Assembly: GCA_973895155.1 (NCBI GenBank)
Contig: OZ316899.1
Coordinates: 7,629,241-7,693,240, forward strand
DNA: 64,000 nt
Origin: Marsupella aquatica
Taxonomy: Eukaryota > Plantae > Marchantiophyta
Direction of reading: 5' to 3'
The position numbers and the translations under genes are program-made. The notes beneath the pieces are model-generated. The model did not search any database. It had not been told where the DNA came from and saw only the letters and a program-made list of their open reading frames with translations. Shown here one piece after another: positions 22,340 through 36,700 of the stretch (positions within the stretch are counted from its first letter, which is position 1; every line of letters starts with the position of its first letter).

Positions 22340-25300
22340 GTGAAGTCCGATAATCTACGGAGTCCTATTCCAGTCGAATGCGCTTCGTGGAGAATGCGAG
22401 GTAAGGGCTTCGTAAAAAGGTCAGCGCGATTATCTTTAGAAGGTATCCATTGAACATTGATTTGATCCCCGTGCTGTTCATGCGTGTGGAAAAATTTGGG
22501 GGCAATATGTTTGATTCGGTCGCCCTTGATGAAGCCCTTAACTATCTGGTCAACACAAGGCTTGTTATCCTCGTAGATGATAGTAGGCTTGGTAAGAATT
22601 GCATGGCCTGTAGACGATTGGATGTGATTGATAAGTTGTCAAAGCCACAGGCATTCTCGGCTGGCTTCGTATAGTGCTATGATTTCCGCATGGTTGGAGG
22701 ATGTGGTCGTCAAAGTTTGCTTGGTACTTTTCCAGGATATGGCTGTATGTCCTTGTAGAAATACATATCCCGTCTGGGATTTCGCATCATCGGGGTCCGT
22801 AAGGTAACCTGCATCTGCGTAACCAATCAATTCGTTAGGTACATCTTTAGGGTAATAGAGGCCAGTATCGATTGTACCTTGAAGGTAGCGCAATATCCTC
22901 TTAATGCCATTCCAATGTCTAATAGTCGGTTGGGAGCTATGGCGAGCAAGCAAGTGGACAGCGAAAGAGATGTCTGGGCGGGTTTGATTCGCCAGGTACA
23001 TCAAGGCTCCTATAGCAGAGAGGTAAGGTTTCTCTGGGCCCAAGATTGGTTCGTGTTCGGTCCTGCGCTTATACATATCTCTGGATGTGTCTGAAGATCG
23101 AATTTCCATAGGTGTCGTGACTGGATAGCTTTTGTCCATGTTGAATTGTTTTAATAGTTTTCTGGTATATGTAGATTGATGAATAAGAATACCGTTGGAT
23201 AAATGTTCGAATTGAATGCCAATACAAAATAGGGGTTGACCAATATCCTTCATTTCAAATATGCTCTTAAGTGTGGTAATGGTTTGATCCATAATGAGTT
23301 TAGTACCCATTAGGTTAATGTCGTCGACATATATGGCTATGATTATAAATTCAGTGCCATGTCTTTTGATAAAAAGGCAAGGGGCAATGTCCTCATTCAC
23401 AAAACCAAGTGCAAGCATCTCTGCACGGAAATGTTTATACCAGATGCGGCCACTGTGCTTTAAACCATAGAGTGACCTAAGAACCTGTACAGCAAATGCT
23501 TTCTCTGGTTTCTTGGCTTTATTGATTCTGTGGTGAACAGGATTTACCTCAGCGAGTAAGTCAGTATAATTCAATGGTAAATCCACTGACTGTTCACCAT
23601 TAGCAATTTGCTGGGCCTTTTTATTTTGGACCGTTGATGAGTCATGTATTTCAGCAGGTATCATCTGGCCTGAGTGAATGAGATGGTCTTGAAAGTCCTG
23701 TGTAGGGACAATCTTATCAATACCCGACTTTAGGTCCGGGGTTGGGGAGGTTGTATGCTCCCCCTTAATGTGGAAAATTACCCTCTGAATTAATTCAGGT
23801 GGAGCTTGCATTTGTATGTCAGTATCAAGTATACCGTAAAGGTAAACAGTTACCACGTCCATAAGATGCATACGAATTTGATGTGTGAGGGCAAAAGCAA
23901 TCAGATATCGGTAGGTAATGGAGTCCATGACCGGTGAATGAGTAAGGTCGTAATCTTTGCCATATATTTGTGTGTAGCCTCTAGCCACAAGTCTGGCTTT
24001 GTAGCGGATTACTTTACCTGCAGCATTATGTTTGCGTATCAATATAATCCTATACCCAGTTAGGTGTTGTGCAGCAGGGACGATTCAGAGTTCTCCAAAA
24101 ACTTGGCGAGATATCAGAGAATCAAGCTCAGAGTTAATAGCAGAGTTCCATTTGGGCCAGTCTGGTCGTTGTTGTGCTTCTTTAATTGTCCGAGGTTCTG
24201 GTAAATCTTTAGTTATATCCTGGGATATAAGAAAAGCAAAATGCTCATCTGGTTCAGTTAAATTTCGATGCCATAAATGTCCAGTATGCATATAGTGGAT
24301 GGATATTTCTTCATTGTCATCCTGTATAATTGGTGGTAATTGTAAGGATAAATGTGTTGATACAGGTGTCTTCTGTCGTGGTCTAGAGTCTTTGGAACCT
24401 GAAGGTCTGCCTCGTTTAGCCTTGGGAGCGAGGTCTGTGGCTCGTGTATCTGGTATATGAATTCTCGCAGGAGTATTGGCTGCATCTATATGTGATTTCG
24501 TTACATTTGTAGCATCATTAAATGCGTCAGGTATTTTCTCCATAATTTGATGGAGATTCAGAATGCGTTTCACTTCATCGTTTGTCAATTGAGTACGAGG
24601 ATCATTCAAGAATGGATCCTTTGTTGTCCATTCTAATGTGTGTGTTGAGACAGGCTGTTTGGAGAGTTGTGCTAGAGTTAGAAGTGTTGGGAAGATGTCT
24701 TCACAGAATTTATAGTCCTGGTATCAAGCTCGAAACACATCAGCAGTGGTGGGTTCGAGATACCTTATTATCGAGGGAGAGTCGTAGCCAACATAGATGC
24801 CACGTCGACGCTGTGGTCCCATCTTGGTGTGCTTGGGGCCAAGAATGGGTACTAGAACAAGGCAGCCAAACACTTTCAGGTGTGTAATATCTGGTATAGA
24901 GCCATATGCTAGTTGGTGTGGTGTGTAAATATTAAAAGCCGATGGTCTATATCGCAGTAGTGCAGCGCCATGGAGTATAGCATGTCCCTAGGCTGTAAGT
25001 GGGAGTTGTGTCTGTAATAGCATAGGTCTTGAGATCATCTGTAAACGTTTTATTAATGCCTCTGCAGTACCATTCTGGAAATGTACATATGGTACTGAGT
25101 ATTGGATTGTGATGCCCAGGACTTGACAGAAGTCATCGAATGTTGGTGATGTAAATTTGCCAGCATTATCAATTCGAATTATTTTGGTAGGAGAGTCAGG
25201 GAATTGAGTGCGAAGACGTATAAGCTGTGTTAGCAGTCTGGCAAAGACAAGGTTTATTGTGGAAATTAAAGAAACAGAGGACCATTTGGTGGAGGAGCAT

Positions 25301-26999
25301 ATCATTACTAGGAAAAACCTAAATGGTCCACTCAGTGGATCAATAGGTCCGCAGACGTCCACATTGATCTGTGAGAGGAAGTCAGGGATTTGATAGGTGT
25401 TCTTGGTGGAAGCTGGATGAGTGATAAATTTGCCTTGTGCACAGGGGATGCAAGTGTCTAACTTCGTGGATGGGTGTACTCCTTTTGGTATGCCAGTGGT
25501 GTTCTTCATAATTTTATGGTACATCCCTGGGCCTGGGTGGCCGAGGCGGATATGCCATAATTCTGTTGGGGATAATTGTTGTCGTTGGGAATTGTAAGAC
25601 ATGATCTTAGTGGCATAAACGCCAGGGGGATGGAGTGGTAATGTCTCTAGTGTGATGGGGCCATTATCAGTTTCTCGAAAAATCTGTAGAGAGTTTATGT
25701 GGTTGTCGGGTTCAGAGCGTATATGGAGATTGTTTTGACGAACATCATGGAAACTTAGTAAGTTCCGTGTCGCGAGTGGGGCATATATGGCAGATGAAAT
25801 TTTAATGGTTGTGCCTTGAGGAAGGGTAAGTTGGGCAGGTCCATGGCCTTCCTCTAATTGGTTTATACCTGTGATAGTAGTCACAAGTCTATTTGATGGG
25901 TATATGTGCTGGAAATAACATTTGTCTTTTAGGATTGAGTGAGAAGTGCCGTTGTCAAGAATGCAAATATCAGCACCCGCGAGAGATGTGTCATTTACTT
26001 CATGTGATATTATATGAACCTCTGGTGGGGGAGGTGTGAGCGTGTATTTGGAGAGATCGTCATCGATCTCCAAGTGATGTGCGGCAAGGTGTTGGATGTT
26101 GTGAGGGAGGCCTGGTATAGTTTGACTAGGTGAGCTTGAACTCTGCAATTCTTTTGGATATGCCCTGTCCCACCGCAACGGAAACACTTGGGCTGATTAT
26201 TTGTGGGATAACTCTGTGCAGGTTTATTTGGCATTTGATTGGGGTTACGATACCAAGAATTCATGGGGGGCTTGAAGTTTTTGCCTTTGTCTGTGCGAAA
26301 TTGTTGTCTCTTGTGGAATTTATTAAAACGACTTGGATTGCCTTTAAATTGGCCACGAGGTCGGTTGTAAGAGGAATTACCTCTATTGGTATTCGTGAAT
26401 TGTATTTCCGGTTTAGGAAGCGTGCCTGGTGGTCGCTCGCGAGAGTTCTTCAAAAGGAGGAGGTCATTCTTTTCAGCCAGGAGCATGACTGCAATCAAAT
26501 CTGAGAATTGGGTGAAATGGCGTTGTCTATAAATCTGCGATAACTGCATGTTCGCTGCTGAGAATGTAGAAAGAGTCTTTTCGATCTTTGCTGCTTCATC
26601 AATTGGTTCGCCGCAGGCTGCTAGCTGAGCAGTTATCCGAAATAAGGCGCTATTGAATTTGGCAATTGTAGGGTAGTCTAGAACTCGTAAATGAATCCAT
26701 TCATTTCGTGCAGCTGGTAGGGAAATTAGACGCAGATGGTCAAACCTCAATTTGAGAGCGTCCCATAGGGCTTAGGGATTAAACTCTGTAAGGTATTCAA
26801 GTTGTAGTTCGGCAGCGAGGTGATGGCGAATGATATATAGTGCCTGAGCCTTTTGTTGTAATGTGCCATTGATATCTGCTAAGATAATGTCGCCGAGGCC
26901 TTTCATGTTGAGAACAATTTCTGTATTCTGTGCCCAAGATAAATAATTGTCGCCATCTGTTGCGAGCAATGGGAATTGGAGCTTCTCCAATGTTGTCAT
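22340..26999 (-). pseudogene. copia-2 gag-pol polyprotein, broken by stops and frameshifts
   Basis: CFRCGGTGHIQKNC, LDNGTSHS, WHIRLGHPG, YKARLVARGY, YVDD and YADAGY motifs. Confidence 0.93.
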
Positions 27000-27160
27000 A
27001 GTCGATGAAAATTTTGTGGTGTACTTGGCGAAAGAAAAGAAAATGTGTCTTGGGGAATTTCGTTCGATGCTTCGTTCACAAGAAAAATAGGAAAAAATTC
27101 ACAAGAGGCCTATGAGTAGCTCGAGAGTTGTTGGAGGAGCAAAATCATGTGCTGATACCG

Positions 27161-27347
27161 TGTTAAATTATGAAATATATATACACCAACAAAAGATGAT
27201 TGAAATTTCTCTTAAGCCAATGTGGCTTATTATATGTTGTACATTGGGGTAGTTGTAACTACCCTCTCCTAGTCTTGTGTCTCTTTATATCTAGGTATTG
27301 CATACCTCTTTGTATCATATGTACTAAGGGTTAAATATATTCTAACA
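27161..27347 (-). repeat. 5' LTR of copia-2 (187 bp)
   Basis: Direct repeat of 21789-21975. Confidence 0.95.
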
Positions 27348-28379
27348 GGTTACTATATCTTGTAGCCTTTATATATCGCTTCTGTTTATTTGTGTTTTGA
27401 GTCAGCCTGCCAGGTCTATGCTGTTGATAATTTTTGATCTGGATTCATTTGACAGGAGAGGTAATTGAGTCTTTATGTGTGATTTGCTTTTCTCACATAA
27501 TTGTTGGGTTCACAGGATGGAGTCAGCGTCAAGAAGCAACTCAAGGCCAGTCCTTCATGGGGCAGTAAGGGTTGTGCAAGAGATAGGAAAGAGCCGTGCA
27601 GCAGCTTTTGCTGTTGGCCTTCAAATAGATGAATATGCTCATGTTCAGGTTTATGTGGAGCGGCCGGTGCCAGCTGACAATTTGTTGTCTTCAGACTGAG
27701 CAAAAGGGTAGTTAGTTGCAAATATGTTCTGGCAGTGAGGTCTTTCAAAGGTTACCACCGGTGAATGTCTCCAACCGGCTGTGATATCTTCACATGTTGA
27801 CACTTTAATGGAATTAGGTTATCTCTAGAAACAGTCAAACAAAACTGGCTGACAAAGCAAGACTATGGGAAATACTATGTAGTTTAGAGGAACAAAGTTT
27901 ATTGAAATAAAGTTTTCCCTTTCTCCTTACTTTAACTTCTATGAGAATTTTGTGGAAATCTTTCACTGCTTATTTTGGTTAAATATTTCCTCCAAAGTTT
28001 TTGAATTCAAAAGTTTTTAAAGCTTATTTGGTCAAAAATTTATGACAGTTATATATGTGTAGTTTACACACCAATTATAGATGGAACATAAGGTTTATAT
28101 CCAATAAATTAAAATGTCAATAGCAAATCTACATCAAAAGTATATATGTTTCATAATGTAATTAAATGAACTTTCAGCATTGCATAGACATCATTCGGAT
28201 ATAAAATAGATGAATTTGTTATAGCATATTAAGATGGCATGGTGTCATGCATAAAACATAAATTGGACATAGCCATTTGTAGCAATCACTCTTATATCCA
28301 ATAGATACAAAACAAACAAAATTTCAGTTTTGTGATGTGGGCGGAATGTCTTCAGCTCAGTGTCATGTGCTTTGGCGTG

Positions 28380-30410
28380 GCGAGGTTTGGGCCTCGTTGT
28401 TTTGGTCTTTTTTGCAGTCTTTGTCTTTGGCCTTGAGGATAATGGCATCCATTTTGGCGCCGGAGTATCAGACTCGCGCCCCTCTTGTTTGTCTTCTCCT
28501 TTGTCCTCTACCCGTTCATCTACTCCTTCATCCTCTACCCGTTCATCCTCTCCTTTGTTATCTACCCTACGTTGTCTGAATGATTTCCTCCTTGGGTTGC
28601 GTTCTCTCCTTGGGATGCGTCAGGCTCTTGTTGCTGGTCTACCATTGGCTCTGTCGAAGGCTGCACGCTTTGTTGCTCCACTTGCTGGTTGCCTTGTTGT
28701 AGTGTAGCCAACTCTCTCGTTGGTTCTGTAGTTGGTTCTATAGCCGGCTCTATGGTTGGCTGTGGAGCCTTCTCTATAATTGGCTTTGAAGCCACTTCTA
28801 CAACCTTGCTTTTTACAGAACCTAGTTCCTCCGGTATCTCCTTCAAACCTGGATAGATTGCAAAGCAATGGGGTTATTGATCCTAAGCTTCTCAATGAGC
28901 CTCGCCGACATGACATCCATAGACACTTGACATTATACTTCATCTCCAAGGGTCCGGACAATATTTGGCTGTTCTTCTCAACGAGCCTCGCCGAGATGAG
29001 ATCCATAGACACTAGACGTTATACTTTATCTCCAAGGGCCCGGACGACATTTGGATGTTCTTCTTAGCGAGCCTTGCCAAGATGAGATCCAAGGGTTTGG
29101 ACGAGATGCGACTGAAACTTGTTTGTTCTCAGCAAGCCTCGCTGAGATGAGATGCAGTCTATCTCAATGACCCCAAAATTGGTTCAGTACTATGTTAGCA
29201 AACCCAGCCAAGATGTAGTTCCAAATGAAACCACTATGCAGTGCAAAAGGAATCAAGTAATACCTGATGTTTTTCTTGGACTGGTTAGAGAGTCAGACTG
29301 ACTGATGTCACTCAATGGTTCCTTCTCAACCTTCCGTTCACCTTCTTTTCTGGCCTTCTTCCTGTCATAGGCAGGGTTAGTTGGGATAAGGGTCTCCACC
29401 TCTGTTGCCTCCGTTACTAAATCTGACAGTGGTCGCAACTTTGTTATATCGTAGTAATTACTAGGTTCCTGTGCTTGTTTGAGCAGGGATGCACTATCCT
29501 TCTTGGCAACCTTGAGAAAAGTGTTTCAATTGTCATACTCCATGTACCATGGGCAGTTCCTCCGTTCCCAATCCGAGAATACTCTGCCATGAGGCATGCG
29601 ACCATCACATGGATACATGCTAAGGCTACCTGTTGCCTCCATCCAAGATCTAATCGCCAATGGTAGTTGTTTCAACATTTTTGCATTCATGTTCTCCTGA
29701 TGTATGAGAAATCTTGTCACGCACCGCTTTGTTTGCTTTATCCATGCGTCCCAAAATGTCAATTTGGTATTCTCTTCATTCCAAATGTCACTGCCTACTT
29801 TTAAGGATTTCTCTTGCACATAAGATCGGTAAAGCTTTCTATAAAGCTCAGCAAATTCCTCTCGCGTTCCGCTAAAATTGCCAGGCTGGTAGGCCTTCTC
29901 AGCAAAATCGGTCAACAAGATACAACCAATGTAGTCAATGTAACACCACATTGACCACACTACTAGCCATGATCTAACTACTGAATCACTATTGCTACGT
30001 GGATGGTGATACCTACTCCTATCTTCCTCCGTTCCAAAATGATCCTTCAAAAGTTTTAATCTGAACTTTGCAGTTAACCAAGCCCCAGAAAACAAGCGGA
30101 TCCTGTCCAATCCAACCTGCACATTCATGACACCCTGCTTGGCCTCCTTTGCCAACTTGTGATAGAGCTGTCGACATGCCGGGATGAATTCAGCTCCATT
30201 GATTGGATTCACATAGGCCGCGAGCTTGGGGAACTTAGTGTCCTAGCTCTTGCATGCAACAGTAATCATTGCCTCAGTCTTGTGCTCAAGTCTCTTGGCA
30301 TTCCACGGGTGCCCACAAGCTGCGTCTTGTGCCATTTCCTTTGAAATATTGATTCGCCCTGCTTCAATGTTTGACCAGCTCATGAGGTACACAACTGCCT
30401 CTTTTGTCAT
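28380..30410 (-). pseudogene. Decayed gene of unknown function, cut at its 5' side by the gypsy LTR at 30411
   Basis: 228-aa ORF 29526-30212 extends through one stop up to the LTR edge; further K/E/R-rich ORF pieces downstream; no family recognised. Confidence 0.5.
28895..29155. repeat. About 86-bp tandem repeat (2 full and 2 partial copies)
   Basis: GAGCCTCGCCGAGATGAGATCCA-like starts near 28897, 28983, 29069 and 29133. Confidence 0.75.
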
Positions 30411-30764
30411 TGTGAGGCCAGTTTAATTAGTAAAATCAGGAGTGTACCCTAGGAAACACCTTAGTATAGTAACAAAAATAGGGAAATATAAACAATTAAG
30501 GGTGACTATGGAACCCGAGCCGAGGCCGAAAGTAAGGATGCCGGGAGAAACACAATTAGGGTTAGGGAGCGCTAAGTACCGGCGGCTACTAACGGGAAGG
30601 AAGACCAGCCAAGGGGGGGGGGGGGGTTAAGGACCGAGCGCAAGGACTGGCGGCTCATTTGCAAACACAAGCCAAGCGGACGACTATGGGAGGCCAACTG
30701 CTGTCCGCTGCTCAGGCAAGCACTCGGGGTGGAAGCAGATATCGACAATCAACTCAAGAAGGGT

Positions 30765-32600
30765 ATGAGCAACGTCAATCAAGCTACTCATTTTTGGGGA
30801 TGCCTGTTAGAACGGGCAATTGAGTACATTGGGACCTACCAGGACAAAGAATCAGAGAGAGCGGCTCGAGAACGGCAGGAGCTCGCTCGGCTGTGGGAGC
30901 TGCAGAAGTCTGCTTTCTTAGGAGGAAAACTCATTACGGCTGAATTCTTGTGGATGCCTACTGCCGACGAACTCGACAATCTTCTGTTTTGTGAGAACAA
31001 GATAGTCGGCATCCGGGAGGCCATCAACCGCTGCAACGACACACATTGGGAGTTGAAGGGTAGCACGGAGGGGTGGACGAAGGCAACCGTACTAGGAGAA
31101 ACATCCATGGCAGCCGCTATGAAGAGGAAAGGGAACAACAACGAAGAAGCCACCCCTGCAAAAAGAACGAGGTCGGCGGCACCCAAGAAACCAGCAGAGC
31201 AGGAAAGCAGGAGGCAGGCAGAAGCCGAAGAGGAGGAGGTCGACCCCGTCAATGTCGTTCCAACAAGAGATGACACCTAGAAAGGCTGGCGGCGACCCTC
31301 CCCAAGGAGGTGCTATTACACTTTGCGAGGGAAGAGGATGCATGCTTTACGCCTATGCAGACTCAGAAATACCAGGGCTTCATGGCCGGATCCGGCTTGG
31401 AAGCATTTGTAAAGTTACCATGGCTGAAGTCGAAGGTACCGGATTCAGACTTACTGGAATTCGTGGGATCATGGGAGCCCGAGACCAATTCCACAAGGGT
31501 GTATGGGAAGGATTTCTATCTCACTCCCTGGGTGATTGCCAAAGTGTTTGGCTTGCCGATGGGCAATAAGACCAAAGTAGATACCAAGAAGACCTTGCCA
31601 GACAAGGAGTTCCGGTCGTTTCCAGGGCCATCAACAAAGAATGGCTTCTTCCAAACACCTGCACCAACACGCACATAGGAGAAATGATTGATTTTTTGCG
31701 GGTGACCATGCATTGTAACTTGTCGAGGGCAAAGATCGGCAAGGCACAGGTCTATCTGGCGGAGAGGCCAGACCCAAGCCAAGACTACAACAGGTACCTC
31801 CTCACCCAACTAAAGAAGATCTTGAAGGAGGAACAGTTGGTGATCGGCATGGGAAGCGTGTCCCGACTTGGTTATCACATGTTGCTGTTGTGCCGGTATG
31901 CTCGAAGCCAGATATTTGCCCCGGTACTGCCCCTACAGGCAAGAGCACCAAAGGAGGTTCCGGAACCAAGGCCGGCAACAGAGAAACCAACCCAGCCCGA
32001 CAGTCCTACAATTGAGCAGGCGTTTAGGCCGAGGAAGGAGGACTTGCCAATGCAGCAACCAGGCATGCAAAATCTGCTGAAATTGCTGGAGAAGAAAAGG
32101 AGAACGGCAGCGGCAACGGGGCCAGTACAGAATACTGCTTCCAAGGTCGGCCTTAGCCAACTTACCAGGGAAAACCCCTTTACCGGAGCCAAGGAGAGAA
32201 GGAGGTCAAAACACGAGTCGGGAGTCCGAATGTATGTAGGAGCTTCAAGTCCCGAAGCCGAGGAGAAGCAGCCCGAGGCCCTTACTCATGATAGGGAGAA
32301 GATGAGATCAACGTGGAAGCTGGAGGAACCAGGACCCGTGATCTGTGGGGTTGTGTTCACGGGAGGACCAGGACAGCAGCGGGGGGAGCCGGTAGAACAA
32401 GCCGAGGAGGAGGCGGTAGAAGGCTACGACAATGATGACTCCGGCTACGGGTTGGACCATCATGTTCCAGGAATAAGGACCTGTGGCAGGTTCATCCCCA
32501 CTCTTCCAAGAGTAGTTTGAGGGGACCCAACCCAGTAGAGCAGCCCCCAGTCTCCCCCACTAGATGTTGCTCCCCCGAGTTTTGACGACATAAAACAGAC
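30765..32600 (+). pseudogene. LTR-B protein of B2, N-terminal half (stops and frameshift)
   Basis: Homologous to 48913-45572; interrupted at 32601. Confidence 0.85.
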
Positions 32601-33793
32601 TGTCACGTCGTCAGCCTTGGCCTTACTCCAGGCTTTGACTTAAATAGGCACACCCTTTGTCAAAATGAGGGTTTGGGCAGGGTGGGAGGCACATAATGCA
32701 CCCAACTTACGTAAAATAGCGCTAAGTGCGCCTATCATCATATACAGACACCTCCTAGGTATGGTTTGTGTTCGGCCGCCGGAACGTACCTCAATCGATA
32801 GCAGGATCGACCCTGGCTTAAGGGCTTCTAAGCCTTCGTATTGTCCACCTTCGATCCGGATTTTGATGATATGGGTGCTCAACCCGGGCTCGCAACCACG
32901 TACACGCAAGCTGCACCCCGTGCACTACTTGGGTAGTGCGTTCGGCCAAGCGTTGGCACCTATACACGAGATTCACACACATACATTCGCACAAGCATAA
33001 AATCTTGATTTACATGAAGGAAATAACGGGAAGGGATTTTACTCCATAAGAGACATATGCGTACACTTAGTTGACCCGAATGCTCTGGAGTGAACAGGTC
33101 CGAGGCCGAGGGTGTACACTACAACGGAGCCCGGTTTTGCACTTGCCCAACGAGCTTAGTCTTACACCCTTCCCTTGGTACTCTTTCACTCCCAGAGGTT
33201 GGGACTCCCCGCACATACCGCGGATGTCCAACACTGAGACTAAAAACCCCCCTGCCTCTACCGAGGGGTGCACTAAATACTAAGGGCCGAGGAACGGAGT
33301 GTCCTCCCGCCCGAAGATTCGTTGACTTAGGTCCTAACTAATCTGACTGTCAGGCCGCAAAACGGCTGTGTCTTATTAGAAGATCCTAACCTACGTAGGC
33401 TGGACAGCATGGCGGTGCTGCTCTAACTAGGGCAGGTTCCTGTCCCCATAGCCTGATTTAGCTATTCCTAACCCTATTCTATTCCTACTCCGCCGCTAAT
33501 GCCTGGCACGCTTGCCAGAGCCGTTTGAGTGGGAGCGGCCATCCCGTTGCTTACAAAGTCTGTCGTTGTCCGCCTTGAGGAGCTGGACCTGGTCTAGCAG
33601 AGATTCGTTCTCTCGCTTCGCCGCGTCCGTCTCCTCCGCTGCCTCCTGGCATGCCTCCTCCAGCTGCTGGGCTTCGCTCGTAAGCTTGCCCACCACCTCG
33701 TCCTGCTTCTCGGCTTTGGTTTGGAGCCGCGCTACTTTGGCCTGTAGCGTGGCTATCTCCGCAGTGTCCCGCTGGGCCCGTTCTTCGGCTTCC

Positions 33794-36700
33794 TGTGGTG
33801 CGTCCCATGGCTCCCTAAACCCAAGAAACCCCCCAGCTCAAGCCGATTCCCGCAGGTTTCGTGCTTGGCGAGGCCGTTTCCGCGGCTTAGCGGCATGGGA
33901 CGCTGCTAACCTTCTACTACTACTATTAACATTTTACACACATATACTGGACAGATCCTTCATCGGGTCATGAGATACGTAGCCGGCCTAATATAGGTCT
34001 TCCCCTGTCTTCCCCTGTCTTCCCCTCCGTCTTGTTAGGTATGTTTGGATTCCGCCGCCGGAATGATCCCCAATAGGCTTGGTTAAGCCGCTAAGACCTC
34101 TCTCAGCTCGACACATCCAACTCTCACTCCCCTGCTTACTTTCCTTCCTTCTGTTGATGTGGGCACTCTTCACACAAGTTAATGCGACACACAAATAGCA
34201 AAATGACTCATTCTGACTGAGTCATACCATGCACTTGCCATACAAACAGTACATCTCATACACCAGTTCTGCGAACTAAGCCGTGAGGCCAACTCTATTC
34301 AGCTCTTAGGCATGAGGAAACATGAATATACACAAGGGTCACTGTATGACTAACCGAGAGCTTCTCGTACTACTTGATCCCAGCCCGGCTGGTGCAAACT
34401 AAAAACTTGCTAAAGAAGAGGCCCTGAGCTCCCCGCTGCCCAGGTACTTATCCTGGTAGTGGATCCGCCATTCTTTGCATCGTAAGCCTAATCTACCTGA
34501 CAGTAATCTACTTGCCCGAATCTACCTATGTACAGCAAGGCAGGAGCACAAGTGTTGCTCCTACCAGTGGAACCGCAATCCCACTAAGCTAAGTGTCAGG
34601 GCCGCTCCTGGTTCTAATCCTAATCCTAAACGTGGAGATCCGCGCCCGCCCTGCCCACTCACGCCTCCTCCCTCCACGTCCGCCCTCCCTAAAAGGAACG
34701 GCGCCCTTGCACCGTCACGACACCGGTGGTGGATCCTCAATGGACGCCCCCAACACTTCCCCCTCAGCCACTGCCGTTGGCCCGCCTACTGACAGATTAC
34801 CTGCCCTTGACCGAGTCAACTCTCCCTCGGCCTGACTGGGTCCACCTTCGGCTTCAGCCTCGACACCGGCCTCGGCAATACCCACGGCTTCGGCCTCAGC
34901 CACTCCCACGGCTTCGGCCTCCCCTTCCCCTAGGGTAGTTGGATCCTTAGCCGTGACCCTGTCTGGGGTCGGTGCTGGGTCTACCTCCTTGATCACCACG
35001 GCCTGTGAAGTCGTATTACTCCTTGACCTTGAAGGTTTCCGCTTCTTCTTCGTTGGTGGCTCGGCATCTGGTCCCTTCCCCTTCCCACTTACTTCCGGCA
35101 CTGGTGCAGGTGGCGCGGCCTGTCCTTCGGCAATTACCACCCCTGGTAACTGGTTTGTCCCAACGGGAGATGGACCTGCTGCAGCTAAGCATTTAAATAC
35201 TGCGGCTTGTTTCTTCAGCCGCTCAGTTTGGTTGTCGGCCCGCCGCTGTAGGTTCTCCATCTTCCTCGTGATTTCCTCCAACTCCTCTTGGGTTTCATCC
35301 AGGTCCTTACGTGCCCCCTCCAGCTCGTTTTTGGCCTCCTCCTGGTCCCTGTGGGCTTCCTCCAATTCCTTCTTCAAGGTAGCCCTCTCCTCCTGGGTTG
35401 CTCTTAGCTCCTTGTCGAGCTCTGCAATGATGACAGACTCCATCTGATTCATCTTGGCGTAAGTCTGTTCGAGCATCTCGTCCTTCTCCCTTAGGTCGGC
35501 CTTGAAGCTGGCCGTCAGGGACGCAAGCTCCTGCTGCAGCGCCATAATCCCTTGATAGGATTTCCCTAACTCGGCCTCCTTCTGCTCAAGGGCTCCGCGG
35601 ATTTTCTCGAGCTCCCCTTTCAACGCCCATTCCTTTCTTTGGGTCTCCGCCATGGCCCGGCTGTTGGCTGTTATGTGGGCCTCCTCTGTATTCTTCAGCT
35701 CTTGCTTCCACTTCTCCCTCTCTTTGATCGTGTCGGCCAACTCTTCCTGCGTCTGAGTCAGTTTATCCTTGATATTCTGATTATCAGCCTGCGCGGTGTC
35801 CAACTGCCCCTGCATGATGTTCAGCTCATGTCGTTTAATCCGCAGTTCATCTTGGGCTTTCTTGGCCGCCCTTAGATCTTCAATCTCGGCTTCCATCCTC
35901 CTAAGCCGCCGAATGACCTCGTCCTTCTTGCTTCTCTCTAAAGCCACCGCTTCTTCTAATTGGTGCTTCTCCAACTGCTCCCTATGGAAAAAGGGTCCTA
36001 CCTCCAACTCCTCTCCAAAGATGCCGAGCGCAAGTTCCCCACACATCTCACCATACTCCATGGCTCTATTCTTAGCGTAGGTGGAGTAAGTAGAAGTGAT
36101 CGGCATCGCCCATTGTGGCCTCTGCTCCCAAGCCGTCCTGCGGATCTCTTCAATCGTGGCTAGAGGTTTGCTTCCTTTTTCGGCTAGCCGCCTGATGTCC
36201 TCCGGCCAATCTCCTCCTGGTAAATCCTTTTCCTTAGCCAGGGCGGCCTCCTCTTCCTGCTTGATTCGCTCCTGAAATTCCTGCACCGTCTGTTTTATGC
36301 CGTCGAAGCTCGGGGGGGCAACGTCTGGTGGGGGAGACTCAGGGCTACTCTGCTGGTTGGGGTCCCCTCGCACTACCCTTGGAAGTGTGGGGACAAACCG
36401 GCCACAGGTCCTTACTCCTGGAACGTGATGGTCCGACCCATAGCCGGAATTATCATGGCTGTAGTCCTCCACTGCCTCCTCTACCTCTTGGACGTCCGGC
36501 TTCTCCCTCTCCTCTTCGTCGGTAGGAGTTTCAGGCAATTCTGCCTCAGATTCGGAGCTTGAGGTTCCCACGTACATTCGAACACCTGGCTTGGATTTCG
36601 GCCTGATTCTCTCCTTGTCTCCAGCAAAGGGGTTTTCTCTTGTGAGCCGGTGTAGGCCTACCTCTGTAGTAGTGTCCTGCATTGTTGCCGTTGCCGTTGT

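Larger units (their letters stand above)
21789..27347 (-). mobile_element. Ty1/copia LTR retrotransposon, Bianca-like (copia-2)
   Basis: 187-bp LTRs with 2 mismatches; TSD GGTTA at 21784-21788 and 27348-27352; PBS CGGTATCAGCAC; PPT AAGGGGGAG. Confidence 0.95.

Noticed and set aside
26010-26187. Programmed gag-pol frameshift in copia-2
   Set aside because: copia-1 has gag and protease in one frame and copia-2 has other lesions, so decay cannot be excluded.
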